Shown here: in pieces, positions 38,304 to 47,793 of the stretch | How positions within the stretch are numbered: position 1 is the first letter of the stretch | Layout: every line of letters starts with the position of its first letter | From: Planctomycetales bacterium | GTDB lineage: Bacteria > Omnitrophota > Gorgyraeia > Zapsychrales > Zapsychraceae | Assembly: GCA_005239675.1 (NCBI GenBank) | Contig: SBBO01000041.1 | Span: forward strand, 3,187 to 67,186 | DNA length: 64,000 bases | Direction: 5' to 3' | The notes under the pieces: generated by a model | What the model was told of the DNA's origin: nothing | The model's database searches: none | The model's input: the letters and a program-made list of their open reading frames with translations, nothing else | Made by a program: the position numbers and the translations under genes

Positions 38304-39388
38304 AGATAGGGTCTGTTCGCCTGTATACGTACTCTCTGGAATTAGTACGACCGCTTTCTATTGGTGGCGTTCGTTTGACCCACCGCAAAGGTATGATTAT
38401 CCATTTAACCTCGGAGGATGGGATTGACGGGTTCGGAGAAATCATTCCCTTGGAGGGACGAAGTCGAGAAAGTTTGCGACAGGCCCAAGCTCAAGCCAAG
38501 CGCTTGAAGCCCCAGCTAGTTGGCCAATCGATTCCTTCTGGGGCGGCATGTCTGGATGGCAAATTGCAGGCGTGGTTAGAGGCCTTTGACCTTTGGCCTT
38601 CGGTGCGCTTTGGTATCGAGATGGCCGTATTGCATTTAATTGCCAACACGCGCAATACCCCTCTTTTCCAGCCTATCCCACATAACTGTCATGACTACAT
38701 CCGCGTTCACGCCCTTCTCGATGGCGATCGACAGGAGGTTGTTTGCCAGGCCCAGCAACTCAAGGCTGAAGGGTTTGCTGACATGAAGTTGAAGGTGAAC
38801 GGCTCTGTCCAGGAATCTGCAGACAAGGTACGGGCAGTTAACGATATCCTGCAGGGGAAGGCCCTGCTCCATCTGGATGCGAATCAGGCGTGGGAATTGG
38901 AAGAGGCCATCCGCTTCGGGAGGGAAATCGAATGCAGCGCGGTGAGTTATATTGAAGAGCCATTGAAACATGTTTACAATATCCCAGAATTTTACCAAGA
39001 GACCCTGATCCCTGTTGCCTTAGATGAATCGCTCTCACAGTTGTCGTTTGATGAATTCAAGATGATGAACGGTGTGGATGTGGTGGTCCTTAAACCCACC
39101 GTCTTGGGGGGAATAGAAAAGACATGGCAGATGATGCAGCAGGCAACGGCCTTGGGATTAAATGCGGTTGTTAGCTCCTCTTTTGAATCGGGACTAGGGT
39201 TGTTCACGCTGGGGAACTTAGGGGGGTGCGCTGCGCACGCTTACGCGGTCGGCCTCGATACCATTAAATGGTTCCGTCAGGATTTGTTAAAAGAAAGACT
39301 TTTGATTCAGCACGGCAAGATGGATATCCGTCATCGCTTGATCCGTCACGATGATATCGATTTCAGTTTACTTCAGGAAATTCGATGA
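38291..39388 (+). CDS. menC: o-succinylbenzoate synthase (enolase superfamily)
   Basis: MKLKV, HLDANQAW, YIEEP and ALDES metal/catalytic positions. It lies between menA and menE. Confidence 0.75.
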   Translation: MDPVKIGSVRLYTYSLELVRPLSIGGVRLTHRKGMIIHLTSEDGIDGFGEIIPLEGRSRESLRQAQAQAKRLKPQLVGQSIPSGAACLDGKLQAWLEAFDLWPSVRFGIEMAVLHLIANTRNTPLFQPIPHNCHDYIRVHALLDGDRQEVVCQAQQLKAEGFADMKLKVNGSVQESADKVRAVNDILQGKALLHLDANQAWELEEAIRFGREIECSAVSYIEEPLKHVYNIPEFYQETLIPVALDESLSQLSFDEFKMMNGVDVVVLKPTVLGGIEKTWQMMQQATALGLNAVVSSSFESGLGLFTLGNLGGCAAHAYAVGLDTIKWFRQDLLKERLLIQHGKMDIRHRLIRHDDIDFSLLQEIR

Positions 39389-40800
39389 CCCAATCATTTG
39401 CCTGTCCGGTTTATCGTCACGCCAAAGACGACAGACAAAATCCCGCCATTATCCGCGGTGATCGTATTCTTACCTACCAACGATTGGAAGCCACGATTGG
39501 ATCTGCGACCCAGCGACTGAAGGCGCTAGGCGTCAAAGAAGGTGATCGCGTTGCCTTGGCGACACAAAATAGCGTGGAATATCTGATTGTCCTGTTTGCG
39601 TTATGGCGTCTGGGCGCGGTCGTTTGTCTTGTTAACCCGCGTCTGCCACCTACGGCCCTTCAGAGATCTCTTGCAGGTATTCAGTGTTCACGTGTCCTGG
39701 ACGCATTGAATGAATTGTGCCAGGTGGGGGTGCCCGAGGCTACTTTCGATGGCCGTTATGCATGTCAAGATCTCGCAGATATCATGTGGACCTCCGGGAG
39801 TAGTGGAGAACCTAAGGCGGTTGTGCACAGTTTTGGCAATCATTATTACAACGCCTTAGGCGCCAACGCTCATATTCCCATTGCATCAGGCGACCGATGG
39901 CTTTTGTCACTGCCGCTTTATCATGTGAGCGGACTGGGCATTGTCTGGCGAACATGGCTCGCGGCAGGGACGCTGGTTATTCCTGCCTCTGTACAGGAAA
40001 TCACCCAGGAAAAAGTCACGCACATCTCTTTAGTTGCTACTCAACTGCACCGTCTCTTGGAGGATCCTCAGGGCGTGGACTTCTTGCAAGGTTTAAAGGC
40101 CATTTTAATTGGTGGCGGCCCTATTTCAGAGGCCTTAATTCACCAAGTCGTCGCACAAGATCTGCCGGTCTATGTCACGTATGGATTAACCGAGATGGCC
40201 TCGCAGGTCGCCACCTCTTTACGGCTGACGAGGAGAGCCCCATTACCCCGGCCGCATATCTTAAAACACGCTGAGGTTGGTATTTCAGTCGAAGGAGAAA
40301 TCTTGGTCAAAGGTAAGACGTTGTTTCCGGGATATGCCGCTATCAACGCCGATGGAGCCATGACAGTGATGCCTGCCTTAGATCAAGAAGGCTGGTTTCA
40401 TACGGGAGACTTAGGGTGTCTGCACACGGCCGGGACGCTTTCGGTCGCCGGCCGCAAGGACAACATGTTTATTTGCGGCGGTGAAAACATCCAACCCGAA
40501 GAGATCGAGCGACATTTGTGTTGCCTTGAGGGAATCATTCAGGCCGTGGTCGTGCCTGTGCCGGATGAAGAATTTGGGGTGCGACCCGTTGCCTTTATAC
40601 AGACTCGGAAAGGCGCCAATAGTCGGGTCACGCGTAGTGAAATTCTATCGTCCTTGCGAGGAGAATTGCCGTCTTTTAAATTGCCGGTGCACATTTACCC
40701 CTGGCCGTTTGATACCGTCGCGCAGGATACAAAACCTGATCGTTTGTTATTGAAGCGATTGGCTCAATGGCCATCACCTACATTAACGGATATTTCTTAG
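39385..40800 (+). CDS. menE: o-succinylbenzoate-CoA ligase
   Basis: Adenylate-forming enzyme motifs WTSGSSGEPKAV, YGLTE, GDLG and GRKDNMFICGGENI, in the men context. Confidence 0.8.
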   Translation: MTQSFACPVYRHAKDDRQNPAIIRGDRILTYQRLEATIGSATQRLKALGVKEGDRVALATQNSVEYLIVLFALWRLGAVVCLVNPRLPPTALQRSLAGIQCSRVLDALNELCQVGVPEATFDGRYACQDLADIMWTSGSSGEPKAVVHSFGNHYYNALGANAHIPIASGDRWLLSLPLYHVSGLGIVWRTWLAAGTLVIPASVQEITQEKVTHISLVATQLHRLLEDPQGVDFLQGLKAILIGGGPISEALIHQVVAQDLPVYVTYGLTEMASQVATSLRLTRRAPLPRPHILKHAEVGISVEGEILVKGKTLFPGYAAINADGAMTVMPALDQEGWFHTGDLGCLHTAGTLSVAGRKDNMFICGGENIQPEEIERHLCCLEGIIQAVVVPVPDEEFGVRPVAFIQTRKGANSRVTRSEILSSLRGELPSFKLPVHIYPWPFDTVAQDTKPDRLLLKRLAQWPSPTLTDIS

Positions 40801-41211
40801 AGGCTTAGTCGGCTGCAGACCTTCGAGTTTGTGGCGCAGATCCAAGGGGAGAGGAATTTTTTGGAGTGTTTTTTTGTCTACGCTCACATGGACAGTCTGG
40901 CCTGTCCCTACACACTCTTGCCTGGCGTTAACCAGGCTATAGTTTAGGGTAAAGGATGTCTGTCCGATTTTTTCTACGACGACCCGGACTTCAATGGTGT
41001 CCCCGACGGATAAGGGAGCTTTATAGTCGGACTCGGCGTGGACGATAGGTAGCAAGAAGTCTTTGTGGCTGATGATCTCGGCGAAGCCGAAGCCGACTCG
41101 CTCTAGTAGGGATTCATACGCGTCATGGAGAATCTTGAATTGGTTGCTGAAAAAAAGCACCCTTGCCGCGTCGGTCTCATGGAGCTTGATTTTGGTTTGA
41201 TAAATGTGCAC
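40783..41211 (-). CDS. Hotdog-fold (4HBT-type) acyl-CoA thioesterase, candidate DHNA-CoA thioesterase
   Basis: Size is 142 aa. The N-terminal IKLHETDAARVLFFSNQF carries the 4HBT catalytic Asp position. It converges on and overlaps menE by 18 nt. Confidence 0.6.
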   Translation of the reverse strand: MHIYQTKIKLHETDAARVLFFSNQFKILHDAYESLLERVGFGFAEIISHKDFLLPIVHAESDYKAPLSVGDTIEVRVVVEKIGQTSFTLNYSLVNARQECVGTGQTVHVSVDKKTLQKIPLPLDLRHKLEGLQPTKPLRNIR

Positions 41212-41361
41212 ACAGATCCTTTTGAATATGATTTATTATACCATAGGCGCATTTAGTCTTCAGTTCAATAAATTTTGCATAATTGTACAAACGCGGTATA
41301 ATATTTATTTTATGATCGACGTGGAGATTATAAATTCAACGAATAAGGCAGGTTAGAAGTT

Positions 41362-42390
41362 ATGGTGAATACAGTCAATGTCGGGATAGTGGGCATCAGC
41401 GGATATTCGGGGGGCAAGGCCCTTGAGCTGTTGCTCAACCATCCTCAGGTACGCGTTTGTTATATCAGTGCGAATAATACGCAGGGGAAGATAGCGAGCA
41501 TTTGGCCGAAATTGGCTGGCCGCACACCGTTGGTATGCCAGCGGTTTGATGCCCAAAAGGCCGCTAAGCTTTGCGATCTGGTCTTTCTTGCGGTTCCCCA
41601 CACGGTGTCCATGAAAATCACGCCGCAACTGTTGTCCCTTGGAAAGCGCGTCATTGATCTAAGTGGGGATTACAGGCTGAGCAATGCCTCTCAATACGCG
41701 CAGTGGTATGGCGTCCCACATGAGGATGTCAAAAATCTTGCTCAGGCCGTTTATGGGCTTTGTGAATTGTACCGCGAAGATATCCGCCGCGCCAAGCTGA
41801 TCGCCAACCCCGGTTGTTATCCAACGGCCGCGTTATTGGCGCTGGCACCATTGGCGACAAGCCATGCATCGGTAATCGAATCTATTGCCATTGATGCCAA
41901 GTCAGGGGTGACTGGCGCTGGGCGTAAGGTAAAATTAGAGTTGGGCTTCAGTGAGGTGAATGAAAATTTCAAGGCATACAAACCGCTGGCGCATCAACAC
42001 GTCCCAGAAATGGAACTGTACTTGTCTAAAGTGGCAGGCAAGAATCTTTCTATCGATTTTGTGCCGCACCTCTTGCCGATCAATTGTGGGATCCTGGAGA
42101 CTATTTATGTGCGGTTACATGGGAAATTGACGCTTAATACCGTTTACAAGATCTACCAACGTTTTTACAAGAAAGAGCCGTTTGTGCGTATTCTCGATAG
42201 CGGAGAGCAGCCGGAATTAAAAAATGTCGTCAACACAAATTATTGTGATATAGGCTTTGCGTTGAGCGCGGACAGCCGTCTACTGGTCGTCACCAGCGCT
42301 ATTGATAACCTGACGAAGGGGGCTGCTGGCCAGGCCGTGCAGAATATGAACATCATGTGCGGGTTTAAGGAAAAGGAAGGACTTGTTTAG
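41362..42390 (+). CDS. argC: N-acetyl-gamma-glutamyl-phosphate reductase
   Basis: VGIVGISGYSGGKALELL, the active-site NPGCYPTA, and C-terminal DNLTKGAAGQAVQNMN. Confidence 0.9.
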   Translation: MVNTVNVGIVGISGYSGGKALELLLNHPQVRVCYISANNTQGKIASIWPKLAGRTPLVCQRFDAQKAAKLCDLVFLAVPHTVSMKITPQLLSLGKRVIDLSGDYRLSNASQYAQWYGVPHEDVKNLAQAVYGLCELYREDIRRAKLIANPGCYPTAALLALAPLATSHASVIESIAIDAKSGVTGAGRKVKLELGFSEVNENFKAYKPLAHQHVPEMELYLSKVAGKNLSIDFVPHLLPINCGILETIYVRLHGKLTLNTVYKIYQRFYKKEPFVRILDSGEQPELKNVVNTNYCDIGFALSADSRLLVVTSAIDNLTKGAAGQAVQNMNIMCGFKEKEGLV

Positions 42391-42394
42391 TGCG

Positions 42395-43540
42395 ATGAAG
42401 ATACTTAAAGATGGCACCGTGACCTCGCCCAAAGGATTCAGGGCCAACGGTGTTGTGGCGGGAATCAAGCGTTCGGGTAAACGCGATTTGGCCCTTATTG
42501 TGAGCGATATCCCGGCCAACAGCGCTGCCGTTTTCACGAAGAATTCGATTAAGGCAGCACCGCTCATTGTCAGTCAGAAAAATATGCGTAACGGCAAGAT
42601 ACAGGCGATCGTTGCCAATAGCGGTAACGCTAATTGTTTTACCGGAAAATTTGGATTGATTTACGCGCAACGGACAACAGAAATTGTTGCCCAATATTTG
42701 GGTATTGCCGCGGGAGATGTGGTTGTTGCCTCAACTGGGATCATCGGCCGGCCGTTACCTTTTAAGAAGATCCGCAGGGCCGTTAAGGGATTGGTTGTTG
42801 GATTGGGTCGTGACGCAGGCCTCAAGGCCGCAGAGGCTATCTTGACTACCGATACGAAAGTCAAGACCGCGGCCGTGACGGTTATGTTGGGCGCTAAGAA
42901 GATCACGATCGGCGCCTGCGCCAAAGGGTCAGGGATGATCGCGCCTGATATGGCAACGATGCTTAGCTTTATCACAACCGATGCCGCCATTACCCGTCAG
43001 ATGTTGAAAATGGCCCTGCGTCATGCCAGCGATCAAACATTCAACAACATTACGGTCGATGGGTGTATGAGCACCAACGACATGGTCGTCGTGATGGCCA
43101 ATGGCCTGGCTAACAACGAGCCTATCGCTGCCGCCGGACCAGATTTTCAGAAATTTACCCAAGCACTTCATTGGGTCTGTCTCAATTTGGCCAAGAAGAT
43201 TGTTTTGGATGGAGAGGGCGCGACCAAGTTTATTGAAATTCAGGTGACGGGTGGCCAAAATCATGCCCAGGCCAAAAGGGCAGGGCTGGCCGTTGCCAAT
43301 TCTGTATTGGTCAAGACGGCTGCCTTTGGGAGTAACCCTAACTGGGGCAGGGTCGCTGCTGCCGTGGGGTCTTTAGGGATTCCTGGTCTTGGCGAGGATA
43401 GCTTGAAGATTAAGTTTAGCAATTTTTCCTGTAAAGATATTGTGATGGCTATTGATTTAAATCAAGGGCGGGCCAAGGCAACTGTTTATACGTGCGACCT
43501 TTCCTACGCCTATGTCAAGATCAATGGAGAATATAATTAA
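42395..43540 (+). CDS. argJ: Glutamate N-acetyltransferase / ornithine acetyltransferase
   Basis: PKGFRANGVVAGIK, GNANCFTG, the autoprocessing site ATMLSFITTDA, and DGCMSTND. TTG 42383 is an alternative start. Confidence 0.85.
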   Translation: MKILKDGTVTSPKGFRANGVVAGIKRSGKRDLALIVSDIPANSAAVFTKNSIKAAPLIVSQKNMRNGKIQAIVANSGNANCFTGKFGLIYAQRTTEIVAQYLGIAAGDVVVASTGIIGRPLPFKKIRRAVKGLVVGLGRDAGLKAAEAILTTDTKVKTAAVTVMLGAKKITIGACAKGSGMIAPDMATMLSFITTDAAITRQMLKMALRHASDQTFNNITVDGCMSTNDMVVVMANGLANNEPIAAAGPDFQKFTQALHWVCLNLAKKIVLDGEGATKFIEIQVTGGQNHAQAKRAGLAVANSVLVKTAAFGSNPNWGRVAAAVGSLGIPGLGEDSLKIKFSNFSCKDIVMAIDLNQGRAKATVYTCDLSYAYVKINGEYN

Positions 43541-44378
43541 AAAAGCAGCAGTCTTGGTTGAGGCAATTCCTTATATCCATGCCTTTCGCCGCAAGGTATT
43601 TGTCATCAAATACGGGGGCAGTATTTTAGAAGATGCGGTCATTCGAAAGAATATTCTCCAGGATATTATTTTTTTAAGTTATGTCGGCATCCGAACGGTC
43701 CTGGTGCATGGCGGAGGGCCGCACATCACGACGCGCCTCAAGGAGGCCGGGATCAGATCGGAGTTTCACGAAGGAATCCGTGTGACCAACAAGGAGACCT
43801 TGGCTATTGTCCGTGAAGAATTGGACAAATTGAATAAACGCATCGTGCAAGAAATCAGAGATCTAAAAGGCGCGGTGACTGGTCTCAAGGGCGATGAAAA
43901 TATCGTCTATGTGGAGAAAAAGAAAGCTGAGAGAGACCTTGGATTTGTTGGTACTATTACGAATATTGAGCGAGCGGTCCTGGAGGCACATCTAAAGCAG
44001 GAATATATTACGGTTGTCTCACCGATGGGGATATCCCTTGAGAAACAGCCGCACAATATCAATGCCGATGAAGTGGCGAGCGCTATCGCGGGGTCGCTTA
44101 TGGCCGAGAAGCTTGTCTTATTGACCAATGTGCAGGGTGTCATGCGTAATATCGAGGATCCACAGTCGCTGATTTCAACTTTGACCGCCAAAGAAGTAAT
44201 GAGCCTGATTGAGCAGAAAGTCATTGTGGGTGGGATGATCCCAAAGGCCAGGGCGTGTGTGGAGGCATTAATCAGCAGCGTCAGTAAGGCGCACATCGTT
44301 GATGCCCGCGTCCAGCATGGGCTCTTGTTGGAGATTTTTACAGATCGCGGTATTGGAACACAAATTTTAAGAGAGTAA
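43512..44378 (+). CDS. argB: Acetylglutamate kinase
   Basis: FVIKYGGS, VLVHGGGP, NINADEVA, and LLTNVQGV. Confidence 0.9.
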   Translation: MSRSMENIIKKAAVLVEAIPYIHAFRRKVFVIKYGGSILEDAVIRKNILQDIIFLSYVGIRTVLVHGGGPHITTRLKEAGIRSEFHEGIRVTNKETLAIVREELDKLNKRIVQEIRDLKGAVTGLKGDENIVYVEKKKAERDLGFVGTITNIERAVLEAHLKQEYITVVSPMGISLEKQPHNINADEVASAIAGSLMAEKLVLLTNVQGVMRNIEDPQSLISTLTAKEVMSLIEQKVIVGGMIPKARACVEALISSVSKAHIVDARVQHGLLLEIFTDRGIGTQILRE

Positions 44379-44444
44379 CTCTCGAGTATAAAGAACATCG
44401 TAAAATGTCTTATCCTAGAATACTTAACAGTTAGCGGTAATAAC

Positions 44445-45677
44445 ATGCACAAGACAGAGATATTTCAGGCCTACGACGAATATATCCTCTCAACCTATGC
44501 CCGGACTGCGATTGCGTTTGTCAAGGGCAAGGGGATGAACTTGATTGACGTGACGGGGAAAAAATATCTCGACTTTTTTCCGGGGTGGGGGGTTAATAAT
44601 GTTGGACACTGCCATCCTAAGGTGATGGCCGCGGTGCGCGATCAAATCGGGCGGCTCATTCATATCCCGAATAATTTTTATCACGCCCAACAGGCCAAGC
44701 TGGCTAAGGAGATCATCCGTTGGTCGTTTCCCGGCAAGGTCTTCTTTTGTAACAGCGGGGCAGAGGGTTGTGAGGCCGCCATTAAATTTGCCCGCGCCTA
44801 TGGTCGTGGTCAACGTCATGAGATCATAACTATGGCCAATTCGTTCCATGGCCGTACGCTGGGCGCGCTTGCGGCGACAGGTCAGGCGAAATATCAGGAG
44901 GGTTTTCAGCCGTTACCATCGGGATTTAAGACAATTCCATTTAATAACATCGATAGCTTGCAAGCGGCGGTTAGTGGCCAGACGATTGCCATTATGTTGG
45001 AGCTGGTTCAGGGCGAGGGCGGGATTCATGTTGCCGGCAAGGAATATGTCCAGCAGATTCGCGAGCTGTGCACGCAGGAAGACATTTTGTTTATTTTAGA
45101 CGAAGTCCAGACCGGCATGGGGCGTACCGGTGAGATGTTTTGTTTTAAGCATTACGGCGTAGTGCCGGATTTAATGATCCTGGCCAAGGCCCTGGGCGGC
45201 GGCCTTCCCATTGGAGCGTTGGTTGTTAAGAAAGAAATTGCCGGCACGTTTAAGCCGGGCATGCACGCCTCGACCTTCGGCGGGAGTCCTTTAGTCTGCA
45301 AGGCCGCCCTGGGGACGTTTAAGGCGATCGTTACGGACAAGATGCTCCAGAACGCGCGCGTGATGGGAGATTATTTAACGGCGCGACTCAATAAACTTAA
45401 ACAACAATTACCATGCATTGAGGAGGTACGCACCCTAGGGTTGATGATCGGCATTCAGTTAAACTTTCCTGTCCCACCAGGTGAGACGCAGGGTAAGACA
45501 AAAAAGGAAGGCAAGATCGTCTTCGAGAAATGTCTAAGGCGCGGGCTTATCATCAATTGCACGCAGGGCAATGTGCTGCGCATCATGCCGGCGTTGAATG
45601 TGACCAAAAAGCAAGCGGATAAAGCGGTGTTTATCTTAGAACAAGTTTTACGTGAGGTGTCGGGCGATGAAACGTGA
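44445..45677 (+). CDS. argD: Acetylornithine aminotransferase
   Basis: Class-III aminotransferase motifs: FCNSGAEGCEAAIKFAR, SFHGRT, LDEVQTGMGRTG, and DLMILAKALGGGLP (PLP Lys). Confidence 0.85.
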   Translation: MHKTEIFQAYDEYILSTYARTAIAFVKGKGMNLIDVTGKKYLDFFPGWGVNNVGHCHPKVMAAVRDQIGRLIHIPNNFYHAQQAKLAKEIIRWSFPGKVFFCNSGAEGCEAAIKFARAYGRGQRHEIITMANSFHGRTLGALAATGQAKYQEGFQPLPSGFKTIPFNNIDSLQAAVSGQTIAIMLELVQGEGGIHVAGKEYVQQIRELCTQEDILFILDEVQTGMGRTGEMFCFKHYGVVPDLMILAKALGGGLPIGALVVKKEIAGTFKPGMHASTFGGSPLVCKAALGTFKAIVTDKMLQNARVMGDYLTARLNKLKQQLPCIEEVRTLGLMIGIQLNFPVPPGETQGKTKKEGKIVFEKCLRRGLIINCTQGNVLRIMPALNVTKKQADKAVFILEQVLREVSGDET

Positions 45678-46605
45678 TTTGATCAGCTTGGAAGACTGGA
45701 CGCGCTTTGAAATTACGGCACTTTTTGAGCTAGCAGCTAAGCTCAAAGGCAACCGGACTCATTTAGGGGGACATCTGAGCGGCAAATCCATCGGACTTGT
45801 CTTTCAGAAGCCTTCCAACCGCACGCGGGTTTCCTTTGAGGTGGGGGTCTTTCATCTGGGCGGTAATTGTCTCTATTTGGGGCCGGAGGAGATCAATCTC
45901 GGGGTGCGTGAATCAGCCGCGGATGTGGCAAAGACCCTCTCCCGTTATCTGGACGCCATCGTCGCACGCACCTTTACGCATCAGGACATCGTGGATTTGG
46001 CCCGTTACGCGGATATCCCGGTTATTAATGGTCTCTCCGATAAGCATCATCCCTGCCAGGCCTTGACGGATATTTTTTCCATTAGGGAGAAATTTGGAAA
46101 AACAGAAGGGATCATCTTTGCCTATGTTGGCGACGGGAATAACAATGTCTGTCATTCGCTCTTGCTCGGCTGTGCCAAGATGGGGATCCCTATGCGCGTG
46201 GCGACACCAAAAAGCTATGAACCAGACAAAGAAATCTTGAACATGGCCAAATCCTTTGCGCAGGAGACCGTTGGTCAGATTTTTTTAACGCATTCACCCA
46301 AGGAGGCGGTCGCCGGGGCGGATGTGATTTATGCGGATGTATGGGTCAGCATGGGTCAGGAGAAAGAGGCCAAGAAACGCCTGAAGGATTTCAAAGGTTT
46401 TCAGATCAATGGGGCGCTTGTTGCGGGCGCTAAGAAGGATTTTATTTTTATGCATTGTCTGCCAGCGCATCGAGGACAGGAAGTAACGTCAGAGGTTATC
46501 GATGGTGAGCATTCTATTGTGTTTGATCAGGCCGAGAATCGGTTGCACGTGCAAAAGGCCGTTATGGCACTCTTGATCGAAGAGAGTCGTGCCTTAAAGA
46601 AATGA
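45667..46605 (+). CDS. argF: Ornithine carbamoyltransferase
   Basis: FQKPSNRTRVSFE, HPCQALTD, DVWVSMG, and FMHCLPAHRGQEV. Confidence 0.9.
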   Translation: MKRDLISLEDWTRFEITALFELAAKLKGNRTHLGGHLSGKSIGLVFQKPSNRTRVSFEVGVFHLGGNCLYLGPEEINLGVRESAADVAKTLSRYLDAIVARTFTHQDIVDLARYADIPVINGLSDKHHPCQALTDIFSIREKFGKTEGIIFAYVGDGNNNVCHSLLLGCAKMGIPMRVATPKSYEPDKEILNMAKSFAQETVGQIFLTHSPKEAVAGADVIYADVWVSMGQEKEAKKRLKDFKGFQINGALVAGAKKDFIFMHCLPAHRGQEVTSEVIDGEHSIVFDQAENRLHVQKAVMALLIEESRALKK

Positions 46606-46615
46606 GGAACGTTTT

Positions 46616-47779
46616 ATGAAGAAAATTATTTTAGCGTATTCGGGCGGACTGGATACGTCATGTGCCATTAAATGGCTTCAGGGCCGCGGGTATGAGGTGA
46701 TCGCCTTTGTCGCGGATGTGGGACAAGGCGAGGATTTTGGTCTCATCAAAAAGCGTGCGCGTAGGACCGGCGCATCCAAGGTCCATGTGGTTAATCTCAA
46801 GCAAGAATTTGTCCGAGATTATGTATTGCCTGCGCTACGCGCTGGCGCTGTTTATGAGAACAAATATTATCTGGCAACTGCCTTGTCGCGGCCATTGATC
46901 GCCAGGCATCAGGTCGCCATCGCCCATCAAGAAAAGGCGACAGTGCTTGCTCATGGGTGTACAGGCAAAGGTAACGATCAGGTGCGTTTTGAGGTGACCG
47001 CGCGCTTACTTGATCCTCGTCTAGAAATTATCGCTCCGGTGCGGTTATGGGAATTTAAGACGCGCGAGGAAGAGATTGAATATGCCCAACGCCATCGGAT
47101 CCCTATTGATGTTACGAAAAAAAGTCCGTATAGTGTTGATATTAATTTGTATGGCCGCAGTATTGAATGCGGTGTTCTTGAGGACCCCTGGGTCGAGCCA
47201 CCAGAGGAAATTTATAAATTGACATTAAGTCCGCGCAAGGCCCCCCACGTGGCGGTTTATGTTGAGCTGGATTTCCAGCAAGGGGTGCCGGTTGCGATCA
47301 ACGGCAGGGCATTGAAGTCCATTGATCTTATTGGTCAACTTAATGTGCTTGGTGGACAAAACGGTATTGGGCGCGTGGATATGGTGGAGAATCGACTGGT
47401 TGGCATTAAATCCCGTGAGATCTATGAGAATCCGGCTGCGACCATCCTTCATGCGGCCCGCCATGAATTGGAATGTCTGGTTCTCGACCGTGAGACCTTG
47501 CATTATAAAGAGATGCTTTCTGAGAAATACGCCGAATTGGTTTATTACGGCCTATGGGAAACGCCTTTAAAAAAGCAGCTCGATGCGTATTTTAATAAAA
47601 TCGCCGAACGTGTCAGCGGCACGGTGCGCTTCAAATTATATAAAGGCAATTGCACGGTTGTTGGGCGTAAGTCGCCCAACTCACGTTACAAAGAGGAATT
47701 GGCCACTTACGGCAAGAAAGATGTCTTTGACCAGAAGCTTGCTGAGGGGTTCATTAAATTGTGGGGATTGCCATTTTAA
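46616..47779 (+). CDS. argG: Argininosuccinate synthase
   Basis: ILAYSGGLDTS, AHGCTGKGNDQVRFE, and GRVDMVENRLVGIKSREIYE. Confidence 0.9.
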   Translation: MKKIILAYSGGLDTSCAIKWLQGRGYEVIAFVADVGQGEDFGLIKKRARRTGASKVHVVNLKQEFVRDYVLPALRAGAVYENKYYLATALSRPLIARHQVAIAHQEKATVLAHGCTGKGNDQVRFEVTARLLDPRLEIIAPVRLWEFKTREEEIEYAQRHRIPIDVTKKSPYSVDINLYGRSIECGVLEDPWVEPPEEIYKLTLSPRKAPHVAVYVELDFQQGVPVAINGRALKSIDLIGQLNVLGGQNGIGRVDMVENRLVGIKSREIYENPAATILHAARHELECLVLDRETLHYKEMLSEKYAELVYYGLWETPLKKQLDAYFNKIAERVSGTVRFKLYKGNCTVVGRKSPNSRYKEELATYGKKDVFDQKLAEGFIKLWGLPF

Positions 47780-47793
47780 CGGATGGTGGAATT

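Noticed and set aside
41212-41361. Possible ArgR (ARG box) operator in the divergent thioesterase/argC spacer
   Set aside because: Only loose AT-rich partial palindromes are present (TGCATAATTGTACAAA, AAATTCAACGAATAA). A TATAAT occurs at GGTATAATAT, but no convincing 18-bp ARG box pair.
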